DNA of 64,000 bases, taken from assembly GCA_046483505.1 (NCBI GenBank), contig JAWODB010000350.1, positions 218-64,217 of the forward strand, in the 5' to 3' direction. The position numbers were made by a program, and so were the translations under genes. Shown piece by piece: positions 27,256 to 36,021 of this stretch. The stretch comes from Phycisphaerae bacterium (GTDB taxonomy: Bacteria; Planctomycetota; Phycisphaerae; FEN-1346). Within the stretch, counting starts at the first letter, position 1, and each line of letters begins with the position of its first letter. A model generated the notes under the pieces. The model was given only the letters and a program-made list of their open reading frames with translations, ran no database searches and was not told the DNA's origin.

Positions 27256-28820
27256 TTCATGCGGTCCTCGGGCGGGAGGTCGGCGCCGGTTCCCGGCGAT
27301 TCCTCGGTTCCCGGGGATTCCTCGGCTGCGCCTTCGTCATCGCCGGTGTCGCGCGGCGCGCTTTCATCAGGTGACTGATCTTCGTCAGGGGTTCCCGGCG
27401 ATTCCTGGGTTCCCGGGGGTTCCTCGGCTCCGCCTTCGTCATCGCCGGGCGTGGGGCTCTGGTCATCCCCGGGTGTTGGGGCTTCGTCTTCGCCGGATTC
27501 TTCTGTGTAATCGGGTGCGTCGTAGCCTTCGTCATGATAGCCGTAGAGGTCCTCGTCGTCGTACTGGCCGTACTCGCGCTCGTATTCGTAGAGGTCGTCT
27601 TCGGGGTAGGTTTCCGGCGCTTCCTCGGTTCCCGGGGATTCCTCGGGACGGGCCTGGTCATCCTCGGGCGTTGGGCCTTCTTCACCGCCGGGCGTGGTGC
27701 CCTCGTCTTCAGCAGGTGGCGTGGAGGCGCCCTCATCGCCGGGGCCTTCGCCCGTGGGTGCGGCGGGGAGGCTGCCGCCCTCGTCGCCGCCGCCCCACCA
27801 GTCGTCGTCCTCGTCGCCTTCCTCGGCGCGGCGCTTGCGTTTGCGGCGAAGGGTGATCCACGCCAGCAGCAGGCCGAACTGGTACAGAAGGATCAGGGGG
27901 ACGGCCATCAGGGCCATCGTGACCGGGTCCTGCGGCGTCAGGACGGCCGAGGCGACGACCAGCACCATCAGCACCACGCGCTGCTTCTTGAACAGCGTGC
28001 CCAGGGGGACGATCTCGGTCCACGCAATGAACATGACGACGAGCGGCGTCTGGAACACCACGCCGAAGACCAGCGTCATCATCGCCACGAACTTGAAGTA
28101 ATCGTTCAGGAAGAGGCTGGGGTCGATGATGGGCATGCCATCGACCAGGATGCCGGCCGTCGGGGCCATCAGGGCGCCCAGCGCCACGGGCAGCATCACG
28201 AAGTAGAAGGTGGCGGCCCCGCCGATGAACAGGAAGAAACTGAACGGCCCGTAGATGTACACGAACCGCCGCTCCCGCGGGTACAGGCCCACGCCGACGA
28301 ACGCCCAGATCTGGTACATGATCCACGGGCTGCCCAGGATGATGCCGCAGATCACGCACAGCAGGATCGCCGTGATGTACCCGGTCAGCGGTCCCCCCTG
28401 GATGACCCGGGGCGCCGGGAAGCGGTTGGCGTAGGCCACGTCCTCCTTGTCGGCCTCGGGCCCGGCTTCCTTCTGGGGGGCGATGGCGTCCAGGCGGCGC
28501 TCCAGGTCCAGGAGGCGTTTCTCGATGCGCGCCAGGACGGGTGCCAGGGGCGAGTCGGGGGGCACGCCGATGCCTTCGGGCTCCTTGCCGAACGGCGGGA
28601 TCTTCTCCTCCTGCTCCTGTTCTCCCTTCTCGGCGTTGAGTTTCCGGGCAATCATCTCCTCGTGCGCGTTCTTGTAGGGCCGGAGCAGGGCGGAGATGAG
28701 GAACTTGTAGTTCACGCCGCAGACGACCGCCCCCACCACGAGCCCCAGCAGGGCGTAGATGACCCGCCGCCGGAGTTCGTCCAGATGGTCGCCGAACGGC
28801 ATTTCCACGTCGTTGTGCAT
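27252..28820 (-). CDS. tatC: Twin-arginine translocase subunit TatC with expanded first loop and long acidic C-terminal tail
   Basis: 522 aa. TatC signatures: FGDHLDELRRRVIY, IMYQIWAFVGVGLYPRERR, FYFVMLPVALGAL. It has six TM helices. About 190 aa of D/E/P/G-rich tail are encoded by tandemly repeated DNA. Confidence 0.85.
   Translation of the reverse strand: MHNDVEMPFGDHLDELRRRVIYALLGLVVGAVVCGVNYKFLISALLRPYKNAHEEMIARKLNAEKGEQEQEEKIPPFGKEPEGIGVPPDSPLAPVLARIEKRLLDLERRLDAIAPQKEAGPEADKEDVAYANRFPAPRVIQGGPLTGYITAILLCVICGIILGSPWIMYQIWAFVGVGLYPRERRFVYIYGPFSFFLFIGGAATFYFVMLPVALGALMAPTAGILVDGMPIIDPSLFLNDYFKFVAMMTLVFGVVFQTPLVVMFIAWTEIVPLGTLFKKQRVVLMVLVVASAVLTPQDPVTMALMAVPLILLYQFGLLLAWITLRRKRKRRAEEGDEDDDWWGGGDEGGSLPAAPTGEGPGDEGASTPPAEDEGTTPGGEEGPTPEDDQARPEESPGTEEAPETYPEDDLYEYEREYGQYDDEDLYGYHDEGYDAPDYTEESGEDEAPTPGDDQSPTPGDDEGGAEEPPGTQESPGTPDEDQSPDESAPRDTGDDEGAAEESPGTEESPGTGADLPPEDRMK
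27288..27448. repeat. Intragenic tandem duplication in the tatC 3' tail
   Basis: Two copies of about 59 nt lie at 27288-27346 and 27390-27448, of the form GGTTCCCGGCGATTCCTNGGTTCCCGGGGNTTCCTCGGCTNCGCCTTCGTCATCGCCGG. A partial third copy lies near 27620-27652. Confidence 0.75.
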
Positions 28821-28841
28821 GGCTGGGGGAGGTCCCGGGGG

Positions 28842-30257
28842 TCAAGAGGTGGCGGCCGAGAGACCGACCGCCTCTTCACCCTTGAGGAAGTTCCGGTAGT
28901 CGCTGAGTTCCGAGAGGATCTGGTGGGCCTGCCGGGCCCGCTCCATCGTGATCCGCCCGGAGGCGATCCACTCGTACGCCAGGTCCAGGTTGTCCGGCCG
29001 GTACAGGGAGGCGAAGTGCCGGTAGAACTCCTCGCGCGGCAGGCGGGTCGGCAGGACGGCGTGCAGCGCGTCGTACAGCCGGTAATCGCGGGTCAAGAGT
29101 TCGTCCTTCCGCTGCTCGTACAGGTCCGTGCCGGGCAGGGGAGTCAGCACGGTGAACTGCGGGTAGATAATGCCCTTCTCCTCCCGGTACCGTTTGAGGG
29201 CCTGGAAATCCTCGGGGGTGGCCTGCGGGTCCACGATGAACGCGCCCCACATGTGGACGCCCAGGTCATCGAGAATGGCCATCGCCCGCTCGTTCTGCTC
29301 GATCGTGGCACCCTTGCAGACGGCGTCGAGTTGTTCCTGCGTGGCGCCCTCGAAACCGATGAGGATTGTCTCCAGGCCCACCTCGCGCCAGGCGGCGATC
29401 AGGTCCGGGTGCTTCGAGATCGTGTCCGTCCGCGCCTGCATCCCGTACGTCTTCTCGATGCCCCGCTCCTTGATGAGTTCGAGGATCTTCCAGGCGCGCG
29501 GCACGTGGGAGAGGAAGTTGTCGTCGACGAAACTGACGGCCGTCGGTTCCACCGTCTCGAGTTCCTCGACGACCCGCTCGGCGGACATGTACCGGCACTT
29601 CTTGTGGTAGAACTTCCAGACCGAGCAGAAGTTGCACCGGAACGGACACCCCCGGCTGGTGGCGATGCAGGCGTGCGGACGGTCGAACAGGAAGAAGTAG
29701 TCGTCCTTGTGGTCCCCGGCCAGGTGGCGGGCGGGCAGCGGCAGATTGTCCAGCGAGGGCATGAGCGACCGCTGGGGGTTCTCCGCCCATTCACCGCCGG
29801 CGCGCTGCCAGATGAGACCGTCGATTCCGGCGAGGGCCGATTCCGTCGGCCGCCCGTCCGCCCGGTCGATGGCGGCAAGAAGCGCCTCGAACGTCCGCTC
29901 GCCCTCGCCCACGATGATGGCGTCGACGTACGGCTGCTGGAAGTCGGCCGGCAGCAGGCTGGCGTGCAGGCCGCCCACGAGCGTCACGATGGCGCCGTCG
30001 CGCGCCTTGACGGCCTTCAGGATGTCCTGGGCGTTGTAGACCTCGGTCGTCAGGCACGTGACGGCGACGGCGTCGGGCTCGAACGATTCCAGCGCCTCCT
30101 CCAGGGAATCGCCGAACCGCATGTCGATGAGCCGCACATCGTGGTCGCGCACGGCGACCGCGCCGATACACTCCATGGCCATCGGTTCCGGCAGGGCCGT
30201 GCGGCGGAAGCCGACCCAGTCCGGCGGCGGCGGCGGCTGAACCAACAGAATCTTCAC
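28842..30257 (-). CDS. B12-binding-domain radical SAM protein (class B)
   Basis: ORF 28842..30329. The likely start is the GTG at 30255-30257 (VKILLVQPP). It has an N-terminal cobalamin-binding-like domain and the radical SAM motif CPFRCNFCSV. Confidence 0.8.
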   Translation of the reverse strand: MKILLVQPPPPPDWVGFRRTALPEPMAMECIGAVAVRDHDVRLIDMRFGDSLEEALESFEPDAVAVTCLTTEVYNAQDILKAVKARDGAIVTLVGGLHASLLPADFQQPYVDAIIVGEGERTFEALLAAIDRADGRPTESALAGIDGLIWQRAGGEWAENPQRSLMPSLDNLPLPARHLAGDHKDDYFFLFDRPHACIATSRGCPFRCNFCSVWKFYHKKCRYMSAERVVEELETVEPTAVSFVDDNFLSHVPRAWKILELIKERGIEKTYGMQARTDTISKHPDLIAAWREVGLETILIGFEGATQEQLDAVCKGATIEQNERAMAILDDLGVHMWGAFIVDPQATPEDFQALKRYREEKGIIYPQFTVLTPLPGTDLYEQRKDELLTRDYRLYDALHAVLPTRLPREEFYRHFASLYRPDNLDLAYEWIASGRITMERARQAHQILSELSDYRNFLKGEEAVGLSAATS

Positions 30258-30520
30258 GCAAACGCTCCCAACGGGGCACGGGGCCGATTGAAGGTGTCCT
30301 ATCCTATCGCCGAGGAAGCCGGCTGGCAAGGGGATAGCCGGCCGGGCGCCGCCGATTCGTATTCCCTCGGGGAACGATGCCGCGCCGACGGCCGGGTGTC
30401 AACGATCTTCAATCCGTCAAAGCCGGACGGTTGAACGAGCGCGGAGGCGCTCAAGAAAGAGGAAGATGCCGCACGAGAAGCCGGGCGGCAGCGCACCCTG
30501 GCCCATTGCCGGAAACGGCG

Positions 30521-30958
30521 CTACGCGTTGTTGTTCGAGGTCTGCCGCAGCGTGCCCGTGAGTTCGGCCGCCATGCTGAACAGGCGCGGGAGGCCGAGGT
30601 ACGGCGAGCGGTGGGGGTCGTCTTCCCGCTCGTGAAACTGGATGCCGACCTCGTACCGGTCCTCGCGCTCGCGGCAGTGGATAACCCGGCCCGTGAGGTG
30701 GACGGGCGGATGCCGGCCGCCGGCCGGCAGGCTGACCGTTACCGGTTCGTTCACCTCCAGGGGCCGCGGGCTTTCGAGCCGGACGCCGCCCAGTGAGAAA
30801 TCGCGCAGTTGCAGGTGGCAGCGGACGGGCTTCTCGGCCGCCTCCTCGTCCAGCATATCGTCCAGGCGGGTGCGGACGGGCATACGGGCGGCGAACCGCC
30901 CGAAACGGCGGCGTTCTTCCGTCTTGCCGCGATGCCCTGTCTTGCGATCCGTGACCAT
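30521..30958 (-). CDS. PilZ-domain protein
   Basis: 145 aa with RRRFGRFAARMPV (RxxxR) and LRDFSLGGVRL (D/NxSxxG). Confidence 0.7.
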   Translation of the reverse strand: MVTDRKTGHRGKTEERRRFGRFAARMPVRTRLDDMLDEEAAEKPVRCHLQLRDFSLGGVRLESPRPLEVNEPVTVSLPAGGRHPPVHLTGRVIHCREREDRYEVGIQFHEREDDPHRSPYLGLPRLFSMAAELTGTLRQTSNNNA

Positions 30959-31383
30959 CGGGTTGTGTCCCTAGCCGCGCAGGGGCTCGTCCTGCCTTCT
31001 TTCCGTTGCACGTCGGGGAACGGCTGTACGTACTATCGGCAGGAGGAGCCCCCGCTCTTCACGTCCGCCGGGGAATTATGGCGCATAAATGACCAAAAGC
31101 AAACGCGTCCCCGGAATTCTGGACACCCGGTCGCTGCTGTGACATCCCCATGACACGGGCATACCGTCTGAACGATCGGGAAGGGTGTTCGGCGGGCCGC
31201 GGGCCGTCATCGGGCTACTCCCCCGCCCCAGGGGTCTCGGCGGACATCGTGGGCGCTGGGCACCCGCCCACGAGTCCGACCCCTTGTTGACGGCCCCGTC
31301 GCTGGATAGGCGAGGATGGCAGATTGTCGGTCAGCGGGCCGGAATCGCGCTGCTTATCCGGAACGCTGCCATTTGCACGTCGT

Positions 31384-31412
31384 AGTATACACCATTTTTC
31401 GGCCGGACGCAA
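31384..31412 (-). promoter_or_regulatory. Candidate minus-strand promoter just downstream of the second PilZ gene
   Basis: On the minus strand: TTGCGT (31412-07), 17-nt spacer, TATACT (31389-84). It would give a leader of about 420 nt before the PilZ gene at 30958. A second candidate is TTGCTT-16-CATAAT at 31102-31075. Confidence 0.25.
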
Positions 31413-31423
31413 AAAAATCGGGG

Positions 31424-31765
31424 TCAGGTGGCGGGAATTCTTTCCACATCCGGTAGGGGGTCCTCGAACGCGATACCCACCTGCCAGTGGTCTCGGCGGC
31501 CCTCGCAACGGACCACCCGGCCCCGGGTATCCCGCGCCTCGGCCGAGCCCATCGGTGGAAAGAACAGCGTGACGGGTTCCTCCGTCGGCAGCGGCCGGTA
31601 CACGACCGCCCCGGCGCCGCTCGGCGAGAGGTCCGTCACGTGCAGGCCCACCACCCGGTTCGGATCGCGTGGGGGAAGGTCGCGCCGGACGGCCTCCACC
31701 GGAATGCCGACCACCGACCGCGGATGGCGGCGGCGTTCCGGACGGGTGCTGGAGTCGTCGGCCAT
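31424..31765 (-). CDS. PilZ-domain protein
   Basis: Tail of ORF 31424..31942 from the ATG at 31763-31765. Motifs: ERRRHPRSVVGIPV and VTDLSPSGAGAV. Confidence 0.65.
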   Translation of the reverse strand: MADDSSTRPERRRHPRSVVGIPVEAVRRDLPPRDPNRVVGLHVTDLSPSGAGAVVYRPLPTEEPVTLFFPPMGSAEARDTRGRVVRCEGRRDHWQVGIAFEDPLPDVERIPAT

Positions 31766-31862
31766 GGCGCCCTCGGTGCCGGGCGCGGCAGCGCGCGAAC
31801 CTGCCCGCGACAGGCTGCCGTATTCTACCTCAGGTTTCCGCCCGACGCAATCGCGTTGCCCG

Positions 31863-32519
31863 TCAGCCGGCGGCCGGCGCGGTGGCTTCGGAGGCGCGGG
31901 GCGCGGCGGGCTCAACGCCGCGGCCGTCGAGCCGCTCGTCAATCCGCCGGCGCAGGTGCCGGATGCCGGCCTCCTGGAGACGCTGCTGCTGCCGCAAGGT
32001 CGTGGCCCGGGCCTCGAGGTCGGCGGTCTCGCGGCGGAGTTGGTCGCGCAGGGCGAGGAGTTTCGTCCGCAGGCGTTCGTGGGCGACGACGGCGGCCGTC
32101 GTCAGGCGCGGGTCGCGGCCGGCGTCCGTCTGCGCGGCGCCGCCGGCTTCGCGGATGATCTTGTGGAGGGCCCGGACGGTCGTGTTCTCGGCCAGGAACG
32201 GCGGGCAGTCGGTCAGGCGGCCGGTGTCGAGCATCTCGTCGAGCGTTCGGGCCTGGCGGCGCCGGTCGGCGATCTCGGTCCGGAGGGTCGCCAGGCGCGC
32301 CGCCGTGGCCGACCGCTGCGCGTGGAGATATCGGAGCCGCCTCCCGGCCGCCGCCAGGTCGGCGGCCTCGCCGGCGACGCGGCCTTCGGCGAGGTTGCTG
32401 GAGGCCACCATCGGGCGCGTCGCCCAGCCGGACCACATGCGGAATGCCACGACGGCCGCCAGGCCCGCCAGCAGAAGGGCCGGCCAGAACCAGGCAACCT
32501 GCCGCCTCGGGCGTGCCAC
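31863..32519 (-). CDS. Hypothetical membrane-anchored coiled-coil protein
   Basis: Part of ORF 31863..33281 from the GTG at 32517-32519 (VARPRRQVAWFWPALLLAGLAAVVAF). It has one TM helix followed by heptad-like R/L/A/E-rich sequence. Third-codon positions are strongly G/C in this frame. No family recognised. Confidence 0.35.
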   Translation of the reverse strand: MARPRRQVAWFWPALLLAGLAAVVAFRMWSGWATRPMVASSNLAEGRVAGEAADLAAAGRRLRYLHAQRSATAARLATLRTEIADRRRQARTLDEMLDTGRLTDCPPFLAENTTVRALHKIIREAGGAAQTDAGRDPRLTTAAVVAHERLRTKLLALRDQLRRETADLEARATTLRQQQRLQEAGIRHLRRRIDERLDGRGVEPAAPRASEATAPAAG

Positions 32520-32817
32520 CACAGACTCCTCTCGAAACGATCGGCGGGGACGACGGAGGCGTGACCGGAGCAGCCGGGAAGAGTCGCTCCCACGTCGGAT
32601 GTATCGGCGGTCGCGGGCGGACGGGTTGAACGATTCCGGGAACGGTTCGGGGCTTTCCGGGGCACGAGGCTTCAGAGTATACCTCAAGCGTCGAACGTGC
32701 AGGTTTCCGCCACTGGATTGACGCCGGCGCCGGGCGGGTTTATACTCGACAGGGTCATCGCGGTCGGTGGCAGGCGTTTCGCGCGATCCTTCCAGCACCC
32801 AGCACGGGGGACAGGTC

Positions 32818-33390
32818 ATGGACGAGCAGCAGAACGACGAGCGGCCGGAAGAGGCGGCCCCGGAGGCCGAAGGCGAGGAGATCCAGGGCGAGGCGCAGGC
32901 CGGCGAGGGGGCCGGCGAAGCCGAGGCTGGCGAGGGGCCCGGGGGTCCGCCGCCGCCACCGCCCGGTCCCGGCGGGGCGGAGGCGCCGCCCCTGCCGCCC
33001 GAGTTGCAGGCCGCGGGTGCTTCCAAGGACGAACGCACCAGTGCCATGCTGTGCCACCTGCTGGCCCTGGTAGGCCTGGTGTTCCCGTTCGGGAACATCC
33101 TCGGGCCGCTCATCATGTGGCTCGTGAAACGCGAGCAGTCGCCGTTCGTGGACTTCCACGGCCGGCAGTCGCTCTGGTTCCAGGTGTGGGCGGCCATCGC
33201 CGCAACGGTGCTGGGGATCGTCTCCATCCCGCTCATGTACGTCTGCATCGGCGTGGTGACGATCCTGCTGGCCATGGCCATCGGTATCGGAGCCGTCGTC
33301 TACGCCGTTATCGGGGCGGTGCAGGTCTCGGGCGGGAAGGACTTCGAGTACCTGTGGGTCGGCCCGTGGGTCCGGCAGTCGATGATGTAG
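32818..33390 (+). CDS. DUF4870-family membrane protein with acidic/Pro-rich N-terminus
   Basis: ATG at 32818 in ORF 32767..33390. Matching segments: ERTSAMLCHLLALVGLVFPFGNILGPLIMWLVKREQSPFVDFHGRQSLWFQ. Confidence 0.7.
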   Translation: MDEQQNDERPEEAAPEAEGEEIQGEAQAGEGAGEAEAGEGPGGPPPPPPGPGGAEAPPLPPELQAAGASKDERTSAMLCHLLALVGLVFPFGNILGPLIMWLVKREQSPFVDFHGRQSLWFQVWAAIAATVLGIVSIPLMYVCIGVVTILLAMAIGIGAVVYAVIGAVQVSGGKDFEYLWVGPWVRQSMM

Positions 33391-33441
33391 CCGGCGTGCC
33401 CGCGTCCCCCAGGGTTCTCGCGCGGTGGGCGGAGGCGGTCC

Positions 33442-33572
33442 CGCGCGGCGGGTTTCCCGACCCGCCGCGTGCCAGGTGTTCGTCGTCTGAAGTGCCGCGC
33501 GGCGGCCTTCCAGGCCGCCGCGATTCCTGGCATTCGCGCGGTCGGCGTGGTGGCCTGGAAAGGCCACCACGC
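33442..33572. repeat. REP family A-like hairpin triplet
   Basis: CGCGCGGCGGGTTTCCCGACCCGCCGCG (33442-33469), CGCGCGGCGGCCTTCCAGGCCGCCGCG (33496-33522) and GCGTGGTGGCCTGGAAAGGCCACCACGC (33545-33572). Confidence 0.8.
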
Positions 33573-33640
33573 GGGCGGAGCAGCCGCTGCCGCGCCGCGT
33601 GTTCTTTGCCTGCCTCGGGGGATACCATGAGGTCTTCCGC

Positions 33641-34849
33641 GTGAACGTCCTGGTCGTCAACTGCGGGTCGTCCAGCATCAAGTATTCTCTCTTCGACATG
33701 GGCGACCCGGCCGCGCCCGCCGTCCTCGCCTCCGGCCTGGTCGAGCGCATCGGCGAGGCGACGAGCAGGCTGCGGCACGAGGCGGGCGGGCGCGTAGACA
33801 GGCGCGAGGCCGAGGCGCCCGACCACGAGGCCGCCTTCGGCCTGATGGTCGAGGCCCTGACCGAGGGGGAAGTGGCCGCCATCGCCTCGGCCGGCGACAT
33901 CGACGCCGTCGGTCACCGCGTGGTCCACGGCGGCGAGCGGTTCGCCGAGAGCATCCGCATTGACGACGAGGTCATCGGCGCGATCGAGGACTTCGCCGCC
34001 CTCGCCCCGCTGCACAATCCCCCGAACCTGACGGGCATCCGGGCCGCCATGGCCCTCATGCCGGGCGTCCCCCACGTCGCCGTCTTCGATACGGCGTTCC
34101 ACCAGACCCTGGAGCCGCACGCCTACCTCTATGCTCTCCCGTACGACCTGTACCGCGAGCACGGCATCCGCCGGTACGGGTTCCACGGAACGAGTCATCG
34201 TTATGTATCCGAGGTGGCGGCCGGCAGGCTCGGCAAGGCGCCCGGCGAAGTCAACCTCATCACGGCCCACCTCGGCAACGGGTGCAGCGCGGCCGCGGTG
34301 CGCGGCGGGCGGTGCGTGGATACCTCGCTCGGCATGACGCCGCTCGAAGGGCTCGTCATGGGCACGCGCAGCGGCGACGTGGACCCGGCCGTCATCTTCC
34401 ACCTGGTCCGGGCGCTGGGGATGGGCGTGGACGAAATCGACGACCTCCTGAACCGCCGCAGCGGCCTGCTCGGCGTCTCGGGCGTCTCGAACGACATGCG
34501 CGAGGTCACGCGGGCGGCCGAGGAGGGCAACGAGCGGGCGGACCTCGCCATCCGCCTCTTCTGCCATCGCCTGCGGAAGTACATCGGCGCCTACACGGCC
34601 GAACTCGGACGGGTGGACGCCCTCGTCTTCACGGGCGGCATCGGCGAGAACGCCGCCCACATCCGCCGGCGGACGTGCGAGGGCCTTGGGCCCCTCGGTT
34701 ACGTGCTCGACGCCGAGGCGAACGCGGCCGCCGCCGACGGCCCGCGCGACGTGGCCGCCGACGAGTCGCCCAGCCGCATCCTCGTTATCCCCACCGACGA
34801 GGAGGCGATGATCGCCCGCGATACGGCTCGCATCGCGGCACAGGGGTGA
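33641..34849 (+). CDS. ackA: Acetate kinase
   Basis: ORF 33599..34849. The likely start is the GTG at 33641 (VNVLVVNCGSSSIKYSLF). Motifs: GHRVVHGG, RYGFHGTSH, ITAHLGNG, FTGGIGEN. Confidence 0.9.
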   Translation: MNVLVVNCGSSSIKYSLFDMGDPAAPAVLASGLVERIGEATSRLRHEAGGRVDRREAEAPDHEAAFGLMVEALTEGEVAAIASAGDIDAVGHRVVHGGERFAESIRIDDEVIGAIEDFAALAPLHNPPNLTGIRAAMALMPGVPHVAVFDTAFHQTLEPHAYLYALPYDLYREHGIRRYGFHGTSHRYVSEVAAGRLGKAPGEVNLITAHLGNGCSAAAVRGGRCVDTSLGMTPLEGLVMGTRSGDVDPAVIFHLVRALGMGVDEIDDLLNRRSGLLGVSGVSNDMREVTRAAEEGNERADLAIRLFCHRLRKYIGAYTAELGRVDALVFTGGIGENAAHIRRRTCEGLGPLGYVLDAEANAAAADGPRDVAADESPSRILVIPTDEEAMIARDTARIAAQG

Positions 34850-34855
34850 GCGGCC

Positions 34856-35539
34856 TCACTCCGGCGAAATGCCGCAGTTCCCGTCGTGGTACCGGACGAT
34901 GATGCCCCGCGGGTCGTGCGGATACCAGCCCGCCGGGTCGGCCGGGTTGGATTGCATGACCTGGATGAAATCCTCCTCGGGGCCGTTCGGCCCCACAGTC
35001 CAGGCGATCCACCGGATGGGCGAGGTCTGCGGGTCGCCCTCCCGCACCAGCGTGCCGCCGGGCTTGGGGAAGGTCTCCGGCACCCACAGCGAGATGGGCG
35101 TCGCGTTGCCGTTGACGTAGCCGGGGCCCACGGCCGTATAGCGGTACGTCCGGCCGGGATTGAACCGGTCGTAGAGCGGGCCGCCGAGGAAGTCGTATCG
35201 CCACAGTTCCTCGGGCAGACAGTGGTGCAGCGGCCGCTTGTCCGTGTTGCAGTACATCCGGGCGGGCGGGTAGGCGTCGAAGTGCAGCCAGTAATCGTGC
35301 AGCGCCAGGTCGATCTGCCTGAGGTCCGACCGGACCTGCGTGACCCGGGCGGTCAACTGGGCGCCGAAGACGGCGGGCAGGACGAGGGCGGCCAGGACGC
35401 CGATGATGGCGATCGTGATGAGCAGTTCCGCCAGGGTGAAGGCGGGCAGGCGGCTGCGTGGCCCGCGGTGGCGCGCGGCGGAACGGCCGGCCCGCCGGGC
35501 GGGACGACGGCGTGTCGGGTTCGGGGCGGTCCCGGGCAT
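34856..35539 (-). CDS. Prepilin-type N-terminal cleavage/methylation-domain protein (pseudopilin-like)
   Basis: Tail of ORF 34856..35821 from the ATG at 35537-35539. It has an Arg-rich leader followed by [24 protein letters not shown]. Confidence 0.7.
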   Translation of the reverse strand: MPGTAPNPTRRRPARRAGRSAARHRGPRSRLPAFTLAELLITIAIIGVLAALVLPAVFGAQLTARVTQVRSDLRQIDLALHDYWLHFDAYPPARMYCNTDKRPLHHCLPEELWRYDFLGGPLYDRFNPGRTYRYTAVGPGYVNGNATPISLWVPETFPKPGGTLVREGDPQTSPIRWIAWTVGPNGPEEDFIQVMQSNPADPAGWYPHDPRGIIVRYHDGNCGISPE

Positions 35540-35547
35540 GATCCGAC

Positions 35548-35910
35548 TCAGGCCGTCTCCTCGGCGTCGCCGGCACCCGCCGCTGGGGCCACCACGTAGA
35601 TGTACCGCAGGAGCGGGCTGTCGGGGTTCCGCACGTTGTGCGTGCTTCTCGGCGGGATGTAGACGGACTGGCCGCCGCGGACGGCCATCGGCTCGTGCCC
35701 GTCCACGTGCACCACGCCGCTGCCTTCCAGGACGACGAGGGTCTCCTCGTGGTCGTTGGTGGAGTGCTCGCCGATTTCCTCGCCCTGGGCGAGTTCGACC
35801 CGCCCGCTTCGCATGCCGCACGTCTGCGGCACGCCGTCGAGGATGGGGCGATACGACTCGCCGCCTTGCCAGTCGATGACCTGGGGGGCAGGGGGGTTGG
35901 TCTCGCTCAT
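35548..35910 (-). CDS. Cupin-domain protein
   Basis: 120 aa with the cupin motifs [21 protein letters not shown] and [16 protein letters not shown]. Confidence 0.75.
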   Translation of the reverse strand: MSETNPPAPQVIDWQGGESYRPILDGVPQTCGMRSGRVELAQGEEIGEHSTNDHEETLVVLEGSGVVHVDGHEPMAVRGGQSVYIPPRSTHNVRNPDSPLLRYIYVVAPAAGAGDAEETA

Positions 35911-36021
35911 CGTTTCTCCCGTTGCGTGGGTGTCAGGTAAGTGGACCTTTTTCCGCGCGCCCGTTGCCGTGCCGCTGGCGTGCTTTCGTGACGCACGGAG
36001 CGTCAGCGGCGCTGCGGATGC

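Noticed and set aside
27534-30434. 966-aa plus-strand ORF
   Set aside because: It is antisense to tatC and the radical SAM gene, both with diagnostic motifs. It is low-complexity and a shadow ORF.
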